13,734 nucleotides of DNA from NCBI GenBank assembly GCA_029564175.1, contig JAKQQL010000509.1:1-13734 (forward strand). Reading direction: 5' to 3'. The translations under genes and the position numbers were made by a program. This DNA is from Candidatus Cloacimonadota bacterium (GTDB lineage Bacteria > Cloacimonadota > Cloacimonadia > Cloacimonadales > WRIO01). The notes beneath the pieces are model-generated. The model did no database searches and was not told the origin of the DNA. It was given only the letters and a program-made list of their open reading frames with translations. Each line of letters starts with the position of its first letter. Position 1 is the first letter of the stretch. Of the stretch, positions 8,539 to 13,734 are shown piece after piece.

Positions 8539-8740
8539 TCGATTTTTTATTTTTTTTAAGAATTCTCCTTCTTTTCTCTTAGATTATCTAATAATTCTCT
8601 TATCTATCCTGTAGAAAACTCATTTTTCACAGTCTATCATTCATCTGCATTCTTTCCAGATGCATCTTCTCAGCATTATAGTTTGAATAGGAAAGGAAGG
8701 AGATAGAAAGAGGAAACAACCAGAGATGAATAATACGATT

Positions 8741-8841
8741 GTATGGATAACTGTCCTCAGTTATCCTCTTATAAAAATAAAGATTTAATCAACTAAGGAT
8801 AGTTGATCTTACAACGGTATCGATAACTGTCCTCAGTTATC
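8741..8841. repeat. Cluster of three alternating-orientation REP-like hairpins (BIME/REPIN-like)
   Basis: + GTATG-GATAACTG-TCCT-CAGTTATC (8741-8765); - GTAAG-ATCAACTA-TCCT-TAGTTGAT (8812-8788); + GTATC-GATAACTG-TCCT-CAGTTATC (8817-8841). Confidence 0.85.
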
Positions 8842-8910
8842 ACAGAAAAACAATCATTTACGCTTTGTAGAAAGCCTAATGAAACAATAGGTATGAAATC
8901 ACATCATAAT

Positions 8911-8969
8911 AAAAAAGAGGCATTAGCCCTGATACCATATTTTTCTTATAGATCAGCGCTAACGCCCCT
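8911..8969 (-). terminator. Long hairpin plus U-tract downstream of the GyrI-like gene; probable terminator
   Basis: Minus strand AGGGGCGTTAGC-G-CTGAT...ATCAG-G-GCTAATGCCTCT-TTTTT. Two plus-strand mismatches become G:U pairs on the minus strand, supporting this polarity. Confidence 0.65.
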
Positions 8970-9047
8970 GTAACATCCTCAAATCACTGGTTAAATTTGT
9001 AATAGGTATTAGTGTTTCGGATTTTGTGCAATGTGAATTTTATTGAC

Positions 9048-9536
9048 TTAGAAAGCCTCTTTTACTCTGATATATATATCCATTATCTGGCCCTTGTCAG
9101 TCATTAAGCATTCTTCAAAGCATGTTCCTTCTCCCCAATTATGATCCAGAAGATTCCGTTCTTTCAATGTTTCCATTAAATGGTTCCATCCAGCCGGAAT
9201 TTTTTTGAAAGGATCTTCCATAGGATTATCAATCCTTAATTTCGCATAATGACCACCCTGAAATTGAATGACTTCTACATCATCCTGAATATCAAAATCT
9301 TCAGGGATACTCTGACAAAAGGCATATCCTCGGCATCCCTTTTCCTGATACTCTTTTGAAACCGGGATATCATAACCAATCCCTCTGCTGTTCTCAGGCG
9401 CTAAGTTGTTTTGCTTCATCCAACCCATCATCTCGGCAATCACTTCGTCTTCAGGATTCTGACTAATCTTACTTTTCTTTGCAAAACGATATGCAGGAAC
9501 TTGCACATAAGAGATTTCACTTAAAAATTCTTCCAT
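9048..9536 (-). CDS. GyrI-like small-molecule/effector-binding domain protein (stand-alone AraC E-binding domain)
   Basis: Motifs 'VQVPAYRFA', 'GYDIP', 'RGYAFC..IPEDF', 'FQGGHYAKL', 'W..L', 'CFEE', 'MDIYIRVK'. Start reassigned from TTG 9581 to ATG 9536, with GGAGG 5 nt upstream. Confidence 0.85.
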   Translation of the reverse strand: MEEFLSEISYVQVPAYRFAKKSKISQNPEDEVIAEMMGWMKQNNLAPENSRGIGYDIPVSKEYQEKGCRGYAFCQSIPEDFDIQDDVEVIQFQGGHYAKLRIDNPMEDPFKKIPAGWNHLMETLKERNLLDHNWGEGTCFEECLMTDKGQIMDIYIRVKEAF

Positions 9537-9706
9537 TTTTACCTCCGTTTCTAATATGCAACAAATAATTTTGTGTAACAATACATGTCAACACTTTTAT
9601 GATAAAAATTATAATTTCAAGAAAGAATACTTTACCTTCATAAGTCTATGCTTATTCAATAAAATGTAATTTTTACGTGACGGTTTTCTTAATATGCCCT
9701 TATAAA

Positions 9707-9829
9707 AATCCGTTAAGCTGTAGGACAAGCTACCAGCTTGTTTTGATAATTTTTCGTCAATATTCGCACTACAAGTGTCCCGCTTGTAGAAAAGCTGCAA
9801 GCTGGATGCTTACAGTTCAATCCGTTAAG
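9707..9829. repeat. REP-like hairpin cluster bracketed by an 11-bp direct repeat
   Basis: GTAG-G-ACAAGCT-ACC-AGCTTGT (9720-9741, same core as 7775/7801); CTACAAGTG-TCC-CGCTTGTAG (~9769-9789); inverted degenerate copy TGTAAGC-ATCCA-GCTTGCA on the minus strand (~9796-9814); AATCCGTTAAG at 9707-9717 and 9819-9829. Confidence 0.75.
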
Positions 9830-9845
9830 TCGTAAGGATACTCAA

Positions 9846-10009
9846 TTGGGTGCGAACAGCCGCTTGTTTAAGCTGAGGGGTAACTTTTTGCTAATCTCTA
9901 CCAGATGCGAGTTTGCGGAAGAGCCCAAGAAAGTGACTGGAGATAGGATTTTTATAGAGCGCTTGAACTTTCTTTGCTTACTTTATTTCTTTCAAGAGAA
10001 AGAATTAAG
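9846..10009 (+). other. Highly structured non-coding element (candidate ncRNA, ssDNA motif or MITE-like repeat)
   Basis: Nested pairings TTGGGT/GCCCAA and CCGC/GCGG enclose TGTTTAAGC-hairpin-GCGAGTTT. 3' hairpin at 9977-10009 whose loop TTCAAG complements CTTGAA at 9962-9967. No ORF. Confidence 0.5.
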
Positions 10010-10109
10010 ATAAATTTAAAAAATTGATACTTTTCATAATGATGTCAATTCAGAAAATTACTTTAAAAATACATTAATATCTACTTTTTCAAGGCTGTTT
10101 TACCTGAAT

Positions 10110-10202
10110 TGTACATTCTGATGAATTCGGACAGCCATTCTGATTTTTTTCGGACAGTGATTCTGATTTTTTTCGGACACCTGTTCTGAAAAATTTCGGA
10201 CA
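10110..10202 (+). repeat. IS21 end downstream of istB: terminal TG plus four transposase-binding repeats
   Basis: TTCTGA-N4/5-TTCGGACA at 10116, 10138, 10161 and 10184 (period 22-23 bp). Confidence 0.92.
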
Positions 10203-10266
10203 CTTTTCAGGCGACTTTTTTTGACTGTCTGTTCACTCTATTTTTTATCGTTTTCAAGTTATTTTT

Positions 10267-11022
10267 TTACTTAAATTTTGTCATCAGATTTTCAGATTTT
10301 CTTTTAGAAGTTTCTGAAATCAGTTCATAGCGGTAGGCATTATGAACTATCCGATCTAAAATTGCATCAGCAAGTGTCGGATTACTAAACTGGGCAAACC
10401 AGTCTTTTACTGCAAATTGGCTTGTAATAATCAGACAGCATTTGTTTACGGTCGCTTCAACTATCTCAAGCAGTTCATATTCATCATTGAGAGTCATTTT
10501 TGAAACAAATAGATCATCTAATATAATCACATGATTTTTCGTTAACTTATCGATGTAATTCAGATAATTACCACTTGCCCGGCTTACATTAACCTCTGTA
10601 ATCAGGATGTTAATCCGGGTAAACAAGACCTGCATTTGATTTAATATAGCCTGATTCCCATAAGCACAGGCAAGCCATGTTTTTCCACAGCCTGTCGAAC
10701 CGGTAATTATCAGATTTTTCCCTTGATTCATCCAAAGACAATCTGACAGGGAATTGAACATACTCCGGTTAATGTTTCTTTTGGGGCTGAGATCAATATC
10801 CAAAAGAGTTGCATTTCGATACTTTAAATTAGACTTTTTGAGTAAAGTATCCATCTTTTTCCTTGATTTTAACTGGATTTCAGACTGCAGAAGGTCAATT
10901 AAACGCTCTTCAAAATCAAGACCATAGTATTTTTGATCCATTATCTGCTTTTCAAGACCCTGTAAAGCTCCATTCATTTTTAGCTCCATGAGCTGATTCC
11001 TGAGTGTTTGTTGTGTACTCAT
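10267..11022 (-). CDS. istB: IS21 helper AAA+ ATPase IstB
   Basis: Walker A GSTGCGKT, Walker B IILDD, ITSQ sensor, 'ADAILDRIVHNAY' motif; 251 aa. Confidence 0.96.
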   Translation of the reverse strand: MSTQQTLRNQLMELKMNGALQGLEKQIMDQKYYGLDFEERLIDLLQSEIQLKSRKKMDTLLKKSNLKYRNATLLDIDLSPKRNINRSMFNSLSDCLWMNQGKNLIITGSTGCGKTWLACAYGNQAILNQMQVLFTRINILITEVNVSRASGNYLNYIDKLTKNHVIILDDLFVSKMTLNDEYELLEIVEATVNKCCLIITSQFAVKDWFAQFSNPTLADAILDRIVHNAYRYELISETSKRKSENLMTKFK

Positions 11023-12580
11023 TCGTAATATTCCTTTCCTCTTATATTATTATGTATGGTTGTGCAATAAGCTGAGTAACTAATTTCCTTTTTTTTAACT
11101 GAAGATAAGACCTGTTTTTTATAATATTTTTATAAACGCTGTATCTTTTATCAGGTATTTCCATCAGATATTCAGCAGCCTTTTCTGCTATCTCCGGTTC
11201 TGTTAATTCTGCAACTTTAATAATACCAAGGCATTGCCTTTTGCAATAGACCATGTTCCCCTTTTTATCAATGAGGTATTTAATGATCTCAAGGGTATGA
11301 AGTCCAATTTTTTCTGCTCTTGCCATTAAAGCATGATAAGTAATAGAATCAAACTCGTCCATACATTGATGAGCCATTGGCATATGTTCTTTTATTGTAG
11401 ATTTACCCATGACAGATGCAACCAGTAAATGATTGGCAATCAAATTGTTATTGTGGTAAATACTAAGAAACTGACCTGATACGATTAATGTAACATATTC
11501 ATTTATATATTTATACGGAACACTGTAGTAACGCTTGTTATAATGAATATGGTAATCCTTGGGAACTTTTTGTCTTTCTGTCAGTCGTGGACAAAATCTT
11601 TCTTTTGTTAAAGGCTTCAATGCACTCTTTTCAAGACTGTAATATAACTCACGACGACTTTTACCAACATGTTTCATGATTTTATCGTTTACCAGTTCAA
11701 GCAGTTTGCGTATTGCGGTATTGACTTCTTCTACAGAATAAAAGATTTCTTTTCTTAATCGGGCAACTATCCATCTTTGAATCACTGAAACAGAAGATTC
11801 AGCTTTTGCTTTATCTTTTGGTTTTCTTACTCTGGCAGAGACTATATTGCAATCATAGTAGTTAGCCATCTCTTCAAATACCATATTAAATCGGGGATTA
11901 TAAAAATCTGCGGTAATGACACCTGATTTTAAATTATCAGGAACAAGAACTTTCGGTACACCCCCAAAATAGTAGAAACTATTGACTGTTGATTTACAGA
12001 AATTCAGGCTGTTCATTGATTCAGAGGCTTCTGCATAAATAAGTCCTGAATACCCTAAACAACAGACATATAATGGTTTCTGTTTTACTTGTCCTGTTTT
12101 TTTATCGACAACATCAATCTTCGCTCCGGCATAATCAATAAATAGTTTTTCTCCAGGTATATGAGACTGCCTCATGGATATTCTTTTACTTTTCTTCCAA
12201 TCTTCATACAATTTACAAAAATGAGAGTAACAGTAAGCTTCCGGATTGTTTGTGGAATATTCCTCATGTAATAAAGCAAGTGTCACATATTTATTCCCCA
12301 GCTCATTATGTATTTGTTTGAAATCTGGCAACTTATCGTGATGGATTTCTCTCTTTTCATTTGAAAACACCAGATTATATAAATCGGACTCATTTATTAG
12401 TGATATCTCTTCGTAAGATAAGCCTAAACATGAAATCCTGCTAATGTAGTCACAGACTGTGGATTTTGGGATAGACATTTGAGAAGAAATCTCTCGTAAG
12501 GAATACCCATCTATGTAGTTCTTATATATTTTTTTAAAATCGGACATTTTAACCTTCCTGTAACTTGTTCTTTTTCTCAT
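11019..12580 (-). CDS. istA: IS21 DDE transposase IstA; the zero frame stops at 11042, the conserved tail is in the -1 frame and ends at 11019
   Basis: N-terminal HTH, 'PGEKLFIDYAG', 'VPDNLKS', 'KPKDKAKAE' (D, D, E), 'YSVPY'. The -1 frame encodes ...IHNNIRGKEYYE* whose TGA overlaps the istB ATG. Confidence 0.93.
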
Positions 12581-12644
12581 AATATGACTCCGAAAATTAG
12601 TATTTTCAGAGCATCATAACATAAGAAAAATAGTCTGTCAAATC

Positions 12645-12715
12645 TGTCCGAAATTTTTCAGATTTACTGTCCGAATATTTTCAGAATAAGTGTCCGAAAT
12701 TTTTCAGATTTTGCA
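12645..12715 (-). repeat. IS21 end upstream of istA: three transposase-binding repeats plus terminal CA
   Basis: TGTCCGAA-N5-TCAGA at 12645, 12668 and 12691 (period 23 bp), inverted relative to 10116-10202; ends ...TTTTGCA at 12715. Confidence 0.92.
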
Positions 12716-12898
12716 GAATTTTCTATTTAACCAGTTTCCAGGAAATAAACTGCCCAAAAAAAGACAGCTTTTCAATTATAAGCATTGATGCTAATTTATT
12801 TGAAAAGTGAACAATACCTACCTTCTCTTTGTTTTCCTGGCAAATTGACATAAAATATAAAAATCTGACTTACCCATTTTTTATTCTTCCGTTTTTTT

Positions 12899-12924
12899 AT
12901 CCGTGTTCATCCGAGAAATCCGTG
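12899..12924 (+). repeat. Short triple ATCCG(T/A)G repeat
   Basis: ATCCGTG-TTC-ATCCGAG-AA-ATCCGTG at 12899, 12909 and 12918, embedded in very AT-rich DNA. Confidence 0.6.
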
Positions 12925-13130
12925 GTTTTAAAATATTTTCTAGTTTTACCTATCAATAGATTTCTTATTTATTTCTGCACACTTTTTAGAAATCCACTCA
13001 TTTTTATAACCAATAGAGTCTTTTTTCATAAATTTAAATAATAAATCTGCCTAAAAAACAAAAATCCCTTTTTTGTCCGGGTAATATATATAGAGGATGT
13101 AAGTTTTAAGGTTTTGGCAAGCATGGTTGC

Positions 13131-13285
13131 TTACATTACATTGTGTCGCACCAACGGTGATTGATTTCGGGTTATATCTTCATCTCCAGTTTTAAGAACA
13201 TAATCAGCTCTGTATGCGACAAATTTTCAAGCAAATAATTAATATGATCTGCATCTTTTAGTTGTTTAATCTCATTTTTTGCCAT
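13131..13285 (-). pseudogene. Small ORF / possible frameshifted remnant resembling the C-terminal half of a PIN-domain protein
   Basis: AAGGA RBS and ATG 13285 give a 37-aa ORF ending at 13172. A -1 shift near 13223 gives KDADHINYLLEN-FVAYRADYVLKTGDEDI, similar by eye to the PIN_3 pattern RDPDDNKFLECAVAGKADYLVTGDKDL. Confidence 0.3.
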
Positions 13286-13376
13286 TTGATATCCTTATCT
13301 CTTTATTCATCATTATTTTGAACAAATGTCACATCTTAGCTCGGTAAAAGCTTTGTAACCTCTGAAAAACATATTT

Positions 13377-13399
13377 AACGACCAGGAGGGTCGTTCTAC
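13377..13399 (-). repeat. Solitary GTAG-type REP-like hairpin
   Basis: Minus strand GTAG-AACGACC-CTCCT-GGTCGTT: perfect 7-bp stem directly after GTAG. Confidence 0.7.
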
Positions 13400-13734
13400 A
13401 TTCCTGATCTTCGTTACTGTAATTATTTCTGACCAATTTACTCTTAATCTCTTGTATTGTAGGAATGATAAAGATCTCTGTAAACAAAAAATCATAAACT
13501 CAAAAATATAGCAAGCATTTTTTTTGTAATGTGACACCCCAAACTGCAATTGGGAAAGCGGTTTTTCAGTCTGCATAACTTACATCTTTATAGATAGTTA
13601 GATCGGTATTCCACTTTGAAAAGATAAATTGCAATTTATGCCGTTTTGCAGGAAAAAGTGACAATTATTTTGCACATTAAGGGCGGTTTTCCATCAGGTT
13701 TATCACTCGATCATTTAGCTAACGGTTTTATATA

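Larger units (their letters stand above)
10110..12715 (-). mobile_element. Complete IS21-family insertion sequence (2606 bp)
   Basis: istA-istB pair; ends TGTACATTCTGATGAATTCGGACA and (reverse complement) TGCAAAATCTGAAAAATTTCGGACA; 4-bp direct repeat GAAT at 10106-10109 and 12716-12719. Confidence 0.95.

Noticed and set aside
8746..8841. 20-bp palindromic repeat x2 as a mini CRISPR array
   Set aside because: Only two copies, a 56-bp 'spacer' that itself contains an inverted related hairpin, and no cas genes; REP-like structure explains it better.
8916..8969. GTTAGC/GCTAAC-containing hairpin as an integron attC site
   Set aside because: The boxes are in the wrong order for attC (RYYYAAC should come first), and the U-tract and position fit a terminator.
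9609..9800. 63-aa ORF on the minus strand
   Set aside because: It runs through the REP cluster, with no RBS or recognisable domain.
10116..10202. Regular 22-23 bp repeats as CRISPR or iterons
   Set aside because: Inverted counterparts at 12645-12708 identify them as IS21 terminal repeats.
12768..12807. Imperfect inverted repeat CTTTTCAA...TTGAAAAG
   Set aside because: AT-rich with many internal mismatches; compatible with chance.
12829..13576. ORFs 12829-13041(+) and 13313-13576(-)
   Set aside because: Low-complexity translations of AT-rich DNA with no motifs; the second crosses a REP-like hairpin.
13715..13734. GCTAACGGTT at the right edge as the start of an attC-like cassette site
   Set aside because: The partner arm would lie outside the window, and no integrase or cassette array is visible.

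Overview
AT-rich bacterial window in which every credible gene is on the minus strand. Two secreted proteins end in a 'YPNPFNP...KxMxxK' Ig-like C-terminal sorting domain, which suggests a Cloacimonadota/FCB-group organism (inference). In transcription order (right to left): a complete IS21-family element (10110-12715; TG...CA ends, multiple terminal repeats, 4-bp GAAT target duplication; istA needs a -1 shift to reach its conserved HxNIRGxxYY tail); a GyrI-like effector-binding protein; a TetR regulator followed by a secreted SMP-30/gluconolactonase-type beta-propeller and a secreted Cys Ntn-hydrolase, closed by a terminator; an ABC ATPase plus a 1210-aa ABC-permease/M1-metallopeptidase fusion behind a sigma54-like promoter; and the start of a truncated ORF at the left edge. 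The intergenic DNA is unusually structured. It holds several variants of GTAG/GTAT-tagged REP-like hairpins (two clusters are bracketed by 11-15 bp direct repeats, one shows fully compensatory stem changes) and a ~170-nt highly base-paired element with pseudoknot potential at 9846-10009.
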